Assembly: GCA_030704615.1 (NCBI GenBank)
Contig: CM060732.1
Coordinates: forward strand, 32,364,001-32,428,000
Reading direction: 5' to 3'
Origin: Takakia lepidozioides
Taxonomy: Eukaryota; Plantae; Bryophyta
Length of the DNA stretch: 64,000 bases
Below are positions 47,733 to 61,130 of the stretch, piece after piece. Made by a program: the position numbers and the translations under genes. The notes beneath the pieces were generated by a model. It saw only the letters and a program-made list of their open reading frames with translations. It was not told the DNA's origin and made no database searches. Positions within the stretch are counted from its first letter, which is position 1. Each line of letters begins with the position of its first letter.

Positions 47733-49540
47733 CGAGAAACGTGCGGCCTCCCTATCCTTACTCCAATGAGAAACGTTCCTCTAAATACACCAATAGCCAG
47801 AAAAGGACTCCAATCGGCAGCACTGAGCTTGAGTAGATATGAAACTCAACCCTGCTCCCGGAGTTGAAGTCCCTTCGATCATAAACACAATCCGCTCTTC
47901 ATTGCAATACACTTTAGGTCATGATGTCCCCTCGTGGCTGCGAAAGAGAGCCTCCTGGAGATCTGCTATCTAGATTGGTAAAATTGTATCTCTCACGTGG
48001 ACAGAAATGACGCAGCAACTTGCTGCGGCACTTCAAGACGTGAGAGTACAACGCCAAAAGAATCAAGCACCTTAAGACAGCAATGCTGCTACAAATTATG
48101 CGAGGCAGGAATACAAAAGACTCAACCGTGATGTAAGCTATGCTCTCAGGCTAGAAGCAAATATCGGGGCATGGACATGAAGCTTACAAGGCAGCTCACT
48201 TCTTCATCCCATTCCTCGAAACACAAGCACAGAATCACATGCTCGCACAGATTGAAGCAGATTGCAATGCGATCACACAATTCAACGTCCGAATCTGGAC
48301 ACATTCAAATGCACTGCAGATCGATTTCGGTCACGCATACGCGGGAACCAATCCCATGCTCTCGTAGTCCGCGTTCTCATCTCGTTGCACGTGGCAAGGC
48401 CTTTTTGGCCTCTAATCGATTGGGCACACGTTCACACAAAAGCAGCGCCATAGCCACTGGATAGCAGACACTGCAAAAGGATCCAATTATCCCCGCCCTG
48501 CAAATATCTGGGTCCTAAATAAGAGCAAATCATCTGAGCACTGATCAAAGTTTTGGTTTTGCGATACACGCATCGTCTCAATTGTTGTGTGCGATGAGGA
48601 GAGCACCCTCAATTTGCATTTTGGTGGAGGACAGTGCTTGTAAGCTTAGACTCGGTCATCATCTTGGAAAAGGATCCAATCCTAGAGTCACAGAGGAGGC
48701 CACAGGTTGTCTGGAAACATGATAAGCGTGGGTGGCCCACAGTGCCAAGTCTAGATAATCTTCGTGAGTCGGCGGATGGATGCCTTGTGGCTGCTAGACA
48801 GACATCTCTACTTGTCCATGGACCTTTTCGTAGTGGCAAGCAGGCGGTCTACAGTGAGGGCCCCACGTGCTAGAGGAAGTGGATGCGGCATGAAAGCTAT
48901 GGCGGCAAGAATGCACACATGGATTGCAATCTCCCTCGCTTTGCAGCCACGCAAACATATGTTGGATCCGGCCTTTATTGTGCCACGTTTGTTGCCTTAC
49001 AGAAGCATCAACTCAGTATCACGCTCAGTATCACAGATCAAGCAAATCACGCACTGCAGCAGGGATTGCAGACGAGTAACAAACTAAAGACAATCACACG
49101 CTTTGTTCAGAGTTCAGACAGCAGAAGCCAGAGCGATGCAGCAGCTGCGGCCCAACGAGTGGCAAGCAAGCATCCATGGGGGCCGCCATCGTTTCTGTTG
49201 TCTCGCACCTCCAAATAGTTCGTGACATCCTAGTGATGACCCTGTCGGTAGGGTCGGGCGCTGAGATACCTTCATAAAGGTAATATCTAGCTCATTGAAG
49301 ATCTCGTACCTCAAAGGGAAAACAATAGAGGTAATGTAAGGACTTATTAGTACACGCATGTTTTTTGACGGTACTTTCGCCGGGTTCCCCATTCAGGCAA
49401 CGTCGGGCTCCTACGGCCAGGGCCCCTGTCAAATCCTCCCCACCCCCTCTTACCCAGTGGTGGAGGTTGTCAAAGCCTCACTGCGAAGGCGATGGGCGGT
49501 GTATGTGGTGAGGTGCTGGGTCCAATTCTTGATGGGTGGC

Positions 49541-50324
49541 TAGTGTAATTCCGAGTCCATGTAACCCTGGGTAGTGTCACCCTGTGTTTTGTGTAACTCC
49601 ACTCAGCACAATTTATACCTAGTAAATTAGGACTTATTCAAATTTGTCCGAGGTACAGCAAGTGGCATTACTCTCCCTTTCGTGTAACCTAGTGTAACCC
49701 TGAGTGGAGTTTACACTCCCTCCCGTATAACCCAGTGTCACCCCAGTGTCACCCCGACTGGAGTTACACTACCTTCAGTTCCATGCCACTCTCCACTCTC
49801 CACTCCTCACACCAGGCTCCGTGCTGGCCCTTGGTTTACCAGTAGGCCGCAATTCTGGCCAAGGAAATAAATGGTAAATTAATTTAATTTAACTACTTGC
49901 TCAGTGGTTACCGTGCGAGTCATTTGGTAATACCAAGGCCCGGTCTCCCATTTTGTATATTGTATATGGAAAATAATAGGAGTAGTGACCTTAATTCACA
50001 TGTGCAATATCTGACAGGATGGTACGCCCGTTTCCAATCTCCCCACCCTCTCTTGAGACTGACATGGAACCGAAGGAGTGTCAACTCCAATCTGGGTTAA
50101 CACTGGGGTTACAGGCCGAGGAGTGTAACTCCACTTTGGGTGTAGGTAACTCCTCTTCGGATTACATCGGATTACACGACGAGGTGTGTAACTCCACTCG
50201 GGGTTACACAGAATGGAGTGTAACTCCAATCGGTCCAATTGACTAAGTCCAAATGTGGCTAAGTATAAAATGGACTTACCAGAGTTGCACCAATTGGAGG
50301 GTTACATCGATCGGGGTTACACTA
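49541..50324. mobile_element. Non-autonomous TIR element (hAT-like) rich in GTGTAAC/GTTACAC subterminal repeats
   Basis: Imperfect TIRs TAGTGTAATTCCGA..ATGTAACCCT and AGGGTTACAT..TCGGGGTTACACTA; many motif copies in both orientations; no TSD found. Confidence 0.65.
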
Positions 50325-53300
50325 CAAGAGCCTCCCCCATCAAGAATCGAACCCCAAACCTCGCCACCTGCACCATTATCACCTTACCATCACACTTCCC
50401 ACCACAACTTTCAACCCATTTGGATTCTTAAGTATTAATAGTGAAACCGAGGTAAGAGGGGGTGGGAAGGATTTGACAGGGGCAACGCCGGAGGAGCCCA
50501 GGCTGCCGGAATCCGGCGACAGTACTGTCAGATCACAAGCGTCCTTTCTTACATTATTCTTATTATCTTCAGCCTCTCATTTTTGGAATAATTGGGAGTT
50601 TAAGTCTCATGTGGGCCAGGGCAGTGCACTATGGGCACTATGGACACAGGTCACCCCTCCTTTCCCCCCACCACCCGGGGGGTCTGCCCTGTGGGTCTGC
50701 TCGCCGCGCCGCAATCCGGGTCTGCCCGCCCCAGGGTCTACTTAGAGCATCCTTCCATGTGGGAGGAGCCCGGCCCCCAAAAAAGGAGTTTGCCGGGTGC
50801 TAAAAAAAATTGGCTGGATTCACTTTAAGGTGACCTGGCAGAGGGTACAGCATGCTAGTGCAGGTACGACTGACTTTAGCACGACGTGGCAGGCAAGTAG
50901 ATGCTGCAATCAATTCGCGGTACTCGGCGGACGAGCTCTCTTCCCATTCTATGGGGCTGCGCTACCGACACGGAACTCATCCACCGGGCCCTGCTGCCCC
51001 ATGCATGGAAGTGCGAAGCATACCCGGCCAGTTTTGTCCGTTTCCTCCCTGAAACGGCGGGCGGGTACATAGAAGGCAGCTCTTAGTGTGCTGGCATCCT
51101 TCTGGCCTCGTGGAAGTCATTTTTCTCACCCGTACATGTTTTTCATTCACTGAGATGGATGAATTTAGAATAAACCATCGAACGTTCATCCCTGTAAACG
51201 TTAAAATGAAACCCTAATACTCCGATACTTAGCCCACTCCCCTTTTACTTACATCAGGTTGTCACACCGCAGAGGTTCGCCTTTGTCTCAGCATCCTCCC
51301 CTCTCGTGGCATTGTCGAGATATTCCGTTAGTCTTACCATGAGGCACAAAAGTTAGATGACCTGTTGGTGTCAGCATCAGAAGCGAAATGAAATGAAATG
51401 GTATTTCATAACATCTGCGGAAAGCGAGTACCGAGAGAGAGACGAGAGAGACCGTGTGTCTCAGGCTAGTTTGGTGCTACAGACTTCACATCGACGCAAG
51501 TCAGATTGCTGCTTATAGAAGTGGTATCACTTCGGATAGAGCTGTATATTCTCAAACAGTCATAATGGACAGTTTTAAGCTGGCATGGGCAACTTACGTT
51601 GAGGATCTAGAGACGTGGTACTAAGTTCTCTCTCCCTTTCTTGCAGTAAGGCAGCTACGCTTTCCTTCCTGATTCATGTTGCCTAGGAATGTGTTACACT
51701 GATGCTTTGCTTTCATCTACAAGACAATCTCAAGCTCTGAGTTGTTGTCATATGGTCTCAGTAGGACTGGTTTTCCGTACGAGTTCCTGGTGTAGCACAA
51801 GACTGGCCATCGTGACGTCATCCAGCCTAGTGGCCTACCTTCCTTACAGTTCTTAAGGGCTCAACTCAGGGCAGTCTCAAGGCAACAAAGCTAGTGTAGA
51901 CTTGCAAGGTAGGAATTTTGGTAGCTACCATAGGTAACTACTTGCTCTATGTGAAGCTGGTTTCTGCAGGAAACCATCAAACTAGTGCTTAAGTACTTCG
52001 AACGATGAGGGGAATTTGACTCCTGGACTGGAACTCGGGGCAAATTCAATTTATGACTTAGTCAACTTTCCCTTAAATTAAATATATCAGTACTCTGATC
52101 TACTCATTGATCATTATAGGGTCAGACGCATTACCTTGCTTGCTCTCCTTGATGGCCACACCCAGTGAAAACTTAAGCATCTCAGATCTCATGAGGACAC
52201 CGAACCTCAATATAATCTGAATGATACAAAGGCCATACCAATCTAGAAATTTCATATGAATGTTTTCATCATCAGCTGTCCTCTGAGTGTGTTGTATGAC
52301 AATCTCATGCATACGTCTGTAAGATGGATAACGTCAGTCTTTCCCACTTCATATAATTGAGCAAGAGCTGCATATACATCACCAACATAAGGGAATGCCT
52401 TAACCAGAAACGCGGCCATGTGAACGTTGGTGAGTCCCAGCTTCCCCCCCCAGACCCCTTGCAGTGAACACTAGATTGTAAATAGAACACTTTTGTAGGT
52501 CCCGCAGCACCGGTAACTGGTTGTTGGATGAGCTACGCACGTCTGGGGAATTGCAGCTCTAGTGGTCGCACTACCTACAGCTGGAGATCCCGTGCAGGAT
52601 GGGAGGAGAATCTTTCCACCGGAGCTTTGCTGCTGGTTGCAGGTTGTGTGCATCTCAGTCATTTGGTAGTCAGAGGTCTGGGCTGGATTGCCAGGAAACC
52701 CATGAGCGTGCTGGTTACCACTTTGTGTGAATTTCATATGTTTGGCTGCTTAGCTGCTGTGGAGAGTAGGGTGTCTTCAGCTCTATGAGGCATGTTCCTA
52801 TGGGGGTTCGATAGCTGTCACATACCCACTGATCTAAAGAATGACAATTCCTAGCGGAAGTTATGACACTCTGTAAATCAACCAAATTAGTCCTGCTCAT
52901 TTGGCTAGCAAGATTCTTACCCTGGATGGTGAATAAGAACGAGAATGACAAGGGGCAGCAGTAAACGCACACAGTGAAAGCAGTCATCTTACTTCTTGCA
53001 CAATTTTCCTCAGGTTGGGGAGACAATACAACGGGTAAAAGTTATAGATCATGTCATGAAGCACTCGCAGTTGAATTAGTGTAATGGCTGGGCTCCAGTG
53101 GCACACTGGAAGGAGGGGAGGAGTCCAGCTCATGGAACATGGGTCTGCGCGGCAAATTTCTTCGGGCTTGGCCCTATCTCTGGTCACTTATGGGGGCTCA
53201 GCTCCAAGAACTGAGTATCTTATTGAACAGGCAGCTGAACGTTTGCATATCGAAACCAACATTGCAGTCTTTTCCTCCATCGTTTTTCTGCTCTTCCCGG

Positions 53301-53656
53301 ACAAATCCAATCCAACCATGTAAGTTTGCCATGCCTATTTTGAGGTCTCTGGTCTTTTATAGTTTGCCTTTTTTGCAGCAGACAGATATATTATTGATCA
53401 ACAAATCTGAATTTTGCTTACATCCATTGGAACTGGAGGAGAATCTTTTGACATATGGAATCTATTTTGGGTCGAAACACAGATATGAAACACATCTGGG
53501 TGGAGAACGAGGTTGATGTGAATAAATTGCAGAGAGTTGATCATGAGCTCGCCAACAGCGTCGGCCTCCCCCACGCATGAACCCTCCGACATGGTAGTGG
53601 ATCCCATTCTGCTCTCCCCAGCTTTCTTGCACCGTCAAAACCAGGTCTTTGAGAAC

Positions 53657-54053
53657 AAGGCTTATATTAGAGTTATCCGTAAAGGGTCCCAAACTCGGCA
53701 TGAGAACCCTGAGTTTGGCCAAAACTCGGTATGAAACTCGAAACTCAGGATCAAGCGGTACGACTAGAAAAAAACACGGGACCAAACTGCCAGGACTAGG
53801 AAAATGGGGGTGAAAGGAGTTTAGTGCCGAGTTTTGTTAGTCGTCGAGGCGGAGGCGGTCAGATCTCACGAGCTCGCGCCATAGCAGCGGTTGCCCTCAT
53901 CCCCAGTTTATGATTTGGTGCCCTCTTTTCTGACTTCGTGCTCAGTTTTCTGCACTTTACGGATTAACTCAAACTCAGGATGAAACCCGTAACTCGGGTC
54001 AAGCAGGGTACCAAACTCAGGCTCACTTTACGGATAAGTCTATTGCAAGCCTG
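53657..54053. mobile_element. MITE-like element
   Basis: Core TIR TAGAGTTATCCGTAAAG (53668) vs CTTTACGGATAAGTCTA (ends 54042), 16/17 match, extendable to AGGCTT; internal AAACTC(A)GG repeats; no TSD found. Confidence 0.7.
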
Positions 54054-55962
54054 AATTATTTTTTCAAGTTCCGAGCCAGCTGTATGTTTTTGTTGGCAGT
54101 GCTGTGTGTCCACAAATACCATGGAGCTCTAAAAGACTTCCCTCTTCTGTGATTTGGCTGGGGTTCTGCTGGGATATTGGGGGAAGCAGGGAACTACTGG
54201 GACGCCGGTCTATCATTCATACTTGGGCTGGGAGTCGGCATTCTCTCCATCCTTCCACCAATCTCTCCTGTGTTTGGGAATTTATTGGAGTTTATTGCAG
54301 CACTCTTTGCCGCATTTCTTGCCAGTGTCCAAGTTGGCCTTTAAGTTGTTCATTTTCATGTCTTGGCATTTATATTTTATATAATAGTGTGGTAGGTTAT
54401 TATTTATGGAAATGAGAGGCTACATATCTTGTACACTTATCATTTGGAGGTTTGAAGGTGTTTGCAGATTTTGCATCTGGCAACGACAAGTGCTTGTGTG
54501 GTGGCACTGGGCCATGAGATTGCAAGTACGATCCATTAACATATGTGTTTGAGATTCTTCTAGTTTTTGAGTCTGTCTATTGACTGGCAGTATAAGAATT
54601 TTCCGGACCATATCAAAGAAGAGCTGTGTCCTCTGAGCTAGAGTGTAGGTTGGGAAATTCTCCTTTGAATCCTTGGTCACTCACCGCTGATGACCCAGCT
54701 AACATCTTGATTGCCAGTTGGAGAAGTGAAAGCAGCTTAAAAGGTTGGCCTCCGAATTGTTGAAGTGACGTATCCTGGTCACAAGAAGGAGGATGACATC
54801 TTGGACACACCAGTAGGGCTGTGAAAAGATTTCAGTTCTACACCAATGCAGGTTACATTTCGACGGAGACCTAGTGGTACTGGCATTGCAGAAATCAGCA
54901 AAAACAAAAATCCTTTTTGACACAACATGTAAGTGGAGGCTGAAGCTGTCAGCTTCCAATCACTTGCGCCTCACAAATTGATATAGCAATGCTGGTGTAC
55001 AAGCATATGAAACAACAAGACTTCGAGATCTACAAGTGAATGTTTGCTACATTTGCAACATTCTCTCTGCCCCAGCAGTAAGCCCATCTATCATTCGTGA
55101 GATCACTTCACAATAGCTGCGCCAGTTCTCCCTCTCTCATGACACCATCGTCCATTTTGGGGCCTACAAAGAAAGAGTATAGCACGATTCATCGGCCACG
55201 GTCTTCGTAATTCCCTGTCTTAGAGTGTGATACAATTTTCACCACCTGTTTTGTAATCCAGCTTGCATTTCCATGACTGCTGTGACTAAAGCACAGTTGC
55301 ATCATCTAAGATTGCAGATGCCTTACAACATGCGACTAACAGACAGCTTTGATGTTGTTCTCTTGTTTCCCCATGCACCCTTTGGGGGTACTATCATCAC
55401 CGTCCCTTTGACTTGCCACTGCAGGAGGGTTGCAATGCTAATTAGCCTGCATTCACACTTAAACCCCGATGATTGTAGTGCGCATACATGCCTTCCACAA
55501 TACACATGCTTCTCACTGTACTATCTCTACTTTGTTGCTTAGACTGTCTTACTTTTACAGTAGAAGCACTTGAAGAGCACTGTTGAATTAATGGAGGTTG
55601 CTTTTTCAAAAGTGTCATTGACACCCTTCACCTCACGTTCACCCCATTTTTAGTGCAACAAAGCAGAGGTGACAAATCTGAACTGCAACCATCTCTCACT
55701 TCATGAATGTCATATCTTGACTCATAGGCTTACTAGTACCTACTCCAAACTGAAGTTATCAGGCAGCTGAAAGGCTCCTTTTCACAGCAACTGCTTAGAA
55801 TTGTATACGGGAAGAACTTTGAACCTATGTGTTCAGACAATAGGAAAATACAGGGCACAAGAAACACCCTACTTTTTGCCACCTTGTAGCAATCATTCAG
55901 GGGTGAAGGAGAGAAGGTCTAGAATTTGTGTCAACAGAAGGCCCACAGGGGGAGGGGGAGGG

Positions 55963-56560
55963 AGAAATGAAATGGAATGGTACTTTATAACGTCCACGGA
56001 AAGCTCAAAGAGCTTATGGGACAAAATGGAAAAAACAAGAGAGGAAACAAAACCAGAGCCAAGAAACAGCCCAAAAGCAACTACTGCTCAAGGGATTGTC
56101 ATCTGGGAGAGAAGGAAACGAAGAAACTTTCTACCATCCACGGGAGGCCTGGAGGGCCTAAAGTAGAACAAACAGAAAACCTCACGTGACCTATGGAGAG
56201 GGGGCTCAGAGAAAAGTACTGTGCTGCTCAGGCAGTACCAAAAAAAGTGGGAGGCATGCACACCTGGGAGAGAGGAAATGTGAGGAACATACTGACACGG
56301 AGGGAACCCTTTCCCAGCATCTCCAAGAGCTCCTCATCAAGTATGCAGCTCAGGTCTGCACTGCATGTAGCTGCCCCAGCTGACCCCGTACACAGACAAG
56401 TTGGGCACCATCACCAAAAAACTACAATTGGAATAACCTCACACCCTATCCAATAGCTGTGGGGTTACAGACACGCTGTGAGTGACTGTAGAAGCGATAG
56501 GGATCCAAACATTGAGGAGAATTACTCACTGGATAGGCGACACATTAATAAGAATCTCTG
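55963..56560 (-). mobile_element. Probable non-LTR retroelement 3'-end remnant with an (ATTTC)n-like tail
   Basis: gaaatgaaatggaatggtactttataacgtccacggaaagc recurs as a short copy at about 51385-51425; weak QRVSV-like and AIG-like traces. Confidence 0.4.
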
Positions 56561-58573
56561 AATGTAACAAATCCATTGCCATCCCCTTTCAGTTGACAAG
56601 GTAGTCCATTATTTGAAGAGATGGCACAAGAAGTAATAATTTTCGAAATACATAAGTTCATCTATGGGGAGTATGGAGGAAAAGTGTAATACCGAGGCCC
56701 AACTCAGGCCAACCAAGCCATTGATTTTCCAGACACAGCAGTGTTCCAAGTAGAAAGTCTTTATCTATGCACACAAGGACTCTTGGCCCCTGTTCCATAT
56801 TGCTTGGGACATTAAATCCATAGATCCTACAGCAGTCCATAGTCCCTCACCAGATACCCGCAATGCGAATGAAGTGGTTTTAGCCTGAGAAGATGCGTGG
56901 AAGGAAAAAAAAAGCGTTGAGGCCAAAGGCTTTGGGTCCAAGACCATATTAGATTAGGCTAACCACCACACTCACCAGAACACAACACATCGAAAATCAG
57001 CCGCCTGTCATGTGCGTGTCAAAATTTAGAAAACCTGAAATCCTGTGCCGCACTGTAGCTCTGGAACAGATTTCATCTCCAAATCTTGGAAAAGAAGTTT
57101 CTTAAGTAATACCATTTATTGGGCATGGCAGGCAAATCACAGCTGTTCAGAATAACATCATTATCTAGGTCAGAAGCTCACAGGGGCCATGGTTATATTG
57201 ACAGTGGCCCACTGCCTAGTATTTACATGAGTGTGTTTTGTAAGGATGGCAGTGGCTGTGTCAAATGTGCAATATGCCTCTGTTTCTCTTTCACAGGCGA
57301 GCCCATGGCTGCATGACATTCTCTCTCTCTTCTGAATGAACCGGCAACAGCATGGATCCGTATCTTTGTAGAGCACAGCACCATGAAGAAAGATGTTTCC
57401 CACTCCAGGAAATGGACAACCACCCTTGGTGTGAACAGCATTTCCTGCGGATTGCAAATCATAGCACTAAGCATGCCAACATTATGCAAAGGGAACATCC
57501 CTCTGCTCTTCCTGCCTGCTTAAACTTTTGAGGGTCCACCCAGATTCCAGACTTCTACTGGCTTTCTGATCCTAAGCTCAAGCTGGCATTATTCACACAC
57601 CTCTTACCTTCTTACTATACATGCCTTAGCCTGCCTCAGCATCTTCATGACTGGCGAAAATTGCTGTCTTGAGTAGGACAACCCATAGTTACAAATTAGA
57701 AAAATAGGCCCTTAGTCCTACCCATCATTCTCCCAGATGCTCACCTAGCCTCCTTTTAGACAGAACTCTATAGTCTGGTTGAGCCTCACTCAGTCTATGT
57801 GTGCATGACTAGGGGAACATGTCTCTCTAAGACTGATGGCAAATTACATGGCAAGCATCCAGTCTAAAATCTGTTGAGCTCACAGATAGAGCATCAAAAG
57901 TGACATGCCGACAACCAAGCCCAGGCATAACGACTTCCATGCCCATGGGTATCTAGGAGGTGCCCATGTGAAAGCTGGCTCAATGTGAAAAAGTTTGTAG
58001 GTCACTGTATTGCTGTTGTTAATTTCCTCCTTGTAATGTATTGACCCAGAGCATATATGCAAACTTAGGCAGTTTGGTCAAACAGTGAGGCAGCCTTTCA
58101 CTGGCCTTTCTCTTTCAATTTAAAAATGAGCAGCTCACTGCGTTACAAATGAAGTATTTACAATTGCACCAGAAGACTGGTGAAATAAGCACGGAGCCAA
58201 GTTCTCAAATCCCACCTGTAATACAAAGACCCAATCCAAGTAAAGAAGAAGCAGGGCAACGTACCTAACCAGGCCGACAATATAAGCACTGTTCGCAGTC
58301 GTGTATAATATTTCGGGTTACTGAACTTTTGTACGGTGAGAAACACATGCGACAAGCTCATATCCTTCTTTGTATCAAAAGGCAATTCAAAACACATTCC
58401 AGAGCGAACATTTCTCTCTGATTTTTACTTTTTTCTAGTTATTCTTATTTCTGTCTCATGAGGGCGCACATACACCCACTTACCTTCCCACGGCCCTCTA
58501 GGAATCTCAATTGACAGCGCCGCTCGGCAGCTCCTTTGCCTCTTCCGCAGATTTATCGCTCTCGTCAGGAGCT

Positions 58574-58768
58574 TCAATGACTGGGGGTGTCGAGCTCGTC
58601 ATCAACATCATAACTGGAGTCCAAGGAACGATTTATGGCAGCTCGCCCTGCCTGCAGTAGGGGCTTCAAGGCAATTTCCAGAGTAGCCCAGCCCAGCAGC
58701 ACAGCCCCGCCAGCCACCACCGCTGAGGTCCATGTCCGCTTCTTGTCCTTGGCACGACTCTTCGTCAT
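58574..58768 (-). CDS. OEP7: Chloroplast outer envelope membrane protein 7 (OEP7)-like
   Basis: AVVAGGAVLLGWATLEIALKPLL..RAAINRS..D.DD matches the OEP7 pattern ALGWLAIEIAFKPFL..R..IDKS. Confidence 0.8.
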   Translation of the reverse strand: MTKSRAKDKKRTWTSAVVAGGAVLLGWATLEIALKPLLQAGRAAINRSLDSSYDVDDELDTPSH

Positions 58769-59429
58769 CTGCCTTGTTGGGTTTGCCAAGGTGCTCAACA
58801 CACACTGGGATTCCCACAACACACACAAAGATGTGAATCCTTCAGTGGGTTGTGGCAGATGGTTCTCACAAGAATACAAGATTCACCAGTTTCACTCCAT
58901 GAATCGCTGTTGCCAAATTGCTGTGTGTGCCTGCAATCACTCTCTGTCTGTAGGGACTGCAATCACTTACAATAACATTGCAAAGAAAGTCATTCTCCTT
59001 GGATGGAAAAAAAAGAATAATTGTCACCAGTCATGGATCTTCCTTCAAAAATACTTATAGTACTGGTAAAGTCAGCCACAGGTCTACTGGCAAACTCACT
59101 GATCTGGTCTCTCAAGATATGGATGAAAAAATAATGTGAGAAAAAAGGGAAAAAAAAGAACGGTGGGCCTAAAGGAAGATCAATGTCAATGTCTGAGCCC
59201 TATACCTGAAACATGAGCCCTTTATTGGCTTCTCTTTATCTAAAGAACAGCAATCCCTATCCATCACTGTCAAAAATTGTTAAGCCCCTTCCTTTGCTGG
59301 TAACTACACCCTGATTTGCCTTCTCCAGGTAACACCTCCCTCAGCTAACATCTCTCTACTGCAAAATTTATGAGAAAACAAATGGATGAATTCTCAAGTT
59401 TATTATGGATGAAAATAGATCTCACTATA

Positions 59430-61130
59430 GGGTTTTGTTTTTTTTTTTTTTTTTGGAACAGGGGATGGAAGCCCTGAAAACATATTAAAAAAGAGGGTAC
59501 AAGAGGTGGAAAAAATAACCACCGTGGGGTCTTGAAGGCACAAACGCACGGGGAGAGTTGAAGGAAGGAAACTAACGAGTGAAAATAACAAAGGAAATGC
59601 TAGCCTATCTCAGGACAGAGATGAACAACTAAGAGCAGAAGACAGAGTCCTAGCCAGCTTTAGCAAAATCCATGCAGCCTGCCTTGGACTTAGATAAACT
59701 AAGTTTGCGATGGCGCCAATAAATCTCTGGGTCATCACAGTCCACTGGAGAGCTGCCAGGGCCAAGATGGTCGACGCAGATGTGCGGGTGCAGAGGACAC
59801 CGTTTTTTCCCCAGGAGTTGTCGAAAGCCGAAAACAATTGCCTTCTTCGCCTTCCTCCACATCTAGGAAGCGCTGAAAGCAAAGATAGCCAAGCCTTACG
59901 CCCCTCAGTCCTCAAGTCAGCGTAGATTCTGTAAAGAATTACTCTGATGCACGGAACCTTCCCATCAAAAACTAAGGCACATCTCAACTTCCAAATAGAC
60001 CAGAGTGTGAGCTCTGATTACTGCCCAGACTGGGCAAGCTGACCAAAGAGCATTGTTACTCAAATTAAGCAAGAGAAGAGCAGGATTAGTGAAAGAATCA
60101 GTATTCCAGCATAGAATGGAAGGACCAAACGCCAAACAGCCGAGGCCATAGGACATGACAAAAGACATTGCTCAATGGATTCTTGCGCTGGATGAGGACA
60201 AAGAGAACAAAGACCATCTGAAGATACACAGAAAGCAGCCACCGGAAGAATTATGTTGACTATTTTTCAAAGGAACCCAGAGACCTTAGAAGGTCTATCT
60301 TTGCGCCATATATCTTTCCAGACAACATGCCAGGAAGCAGAAACCACCGCACAATGAGCCCATCTACGGTTCCATTTCCCTGTGAAATTGGCCTGACCTT
60401 GCAAGAGTTGATATCCAAGCTTGACAGAGTACCCAAAAAATGGGGTTTTCGATGTATCCATCCAAGACCATTCACCCAAATCCAACTGAAGCCCCTGAAT
60501 GCACGGAAGATTAAGGAACCAGAAAAGAGTGGAATTTAAGGCCCAGTGAAGAACATCATGAGAAAGAGGGAAAGGGTTGGGAGCCCTACAAATCGAGTCA
60601 AAGACCCGGATGTGGAACAATGACGATCTTGGGGCTGAGTCCATAGAGACAAAAGTAAGAGAGCCAGAGGAGGAGGAACAAAGCCCAAGCCATGGACAGG
60701 AGAACTTGAAACCACGACTGAGCCTGTGAACCTAACCAAACTGGGAAAGAGAGGCGAGCATGCTCCAATTGGCGCAGATGAGGCAGGGACAGAAAATCCA
60801 CTAGTGCTTCACGAATGGAGTCCTAGCTAGAGTGGAAGGCACGAACAGAGATGAAAGGCCGGATGGCAGCACAATCCAAAAAGGCATCATTGTTCCAGAT
60901 GTTGGCCACATGGGAGAAACCAGAGGCTTCCCAGATAGCCCATTTCTTGTCAAGCTTAAGCAGTGACTCGGAATTGAGATTGTAATTGCCGAAGATAGGC
61001 TGCCTTAAAGCTTCCTGAAAGGTCATGGCTCTGCGTTGAGTGAGATATGGGCAAATCGTGCGCCAGTCCCCAATCTGGGGAACCTCGATCCCAGGGCGAT
61101 CCGTGTTAATATTGGAGACAAAGTGAGGAC
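59430..61130 (-). mobile_element. 5'-truncated, degenerate L1-like LINE (zf-RVT C-terminus)
   Basis: Poly-T tail at about 59433-59454; LCSLCPHPAQESIEQCLLSCPMASAVW; WAVIRAHTL. Confidence 0.8.

Noticed and set aside
49541-50324. CRISPR-like array
   Set aside because: Repeats are short, irregularly spaced, in both orientations and in a eukaryotic TE context
50320-50330. CACTACAAGAG as the start of another CACTA element
   Set aside because: The match to the TIR stops after 11 bp, overlaps the end of the TGTAAC element and has no partner TIR
50331-50375. GGTTCGATTC B-box as a tRNA gene
   Set aside because: No cloverleaf or A-box; at most a SINE remnant
51200-57500. Possible multi-exon gene among the many short ORFs
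   Set aside because: No consistent exon chain or known motifs could be assembled by eye
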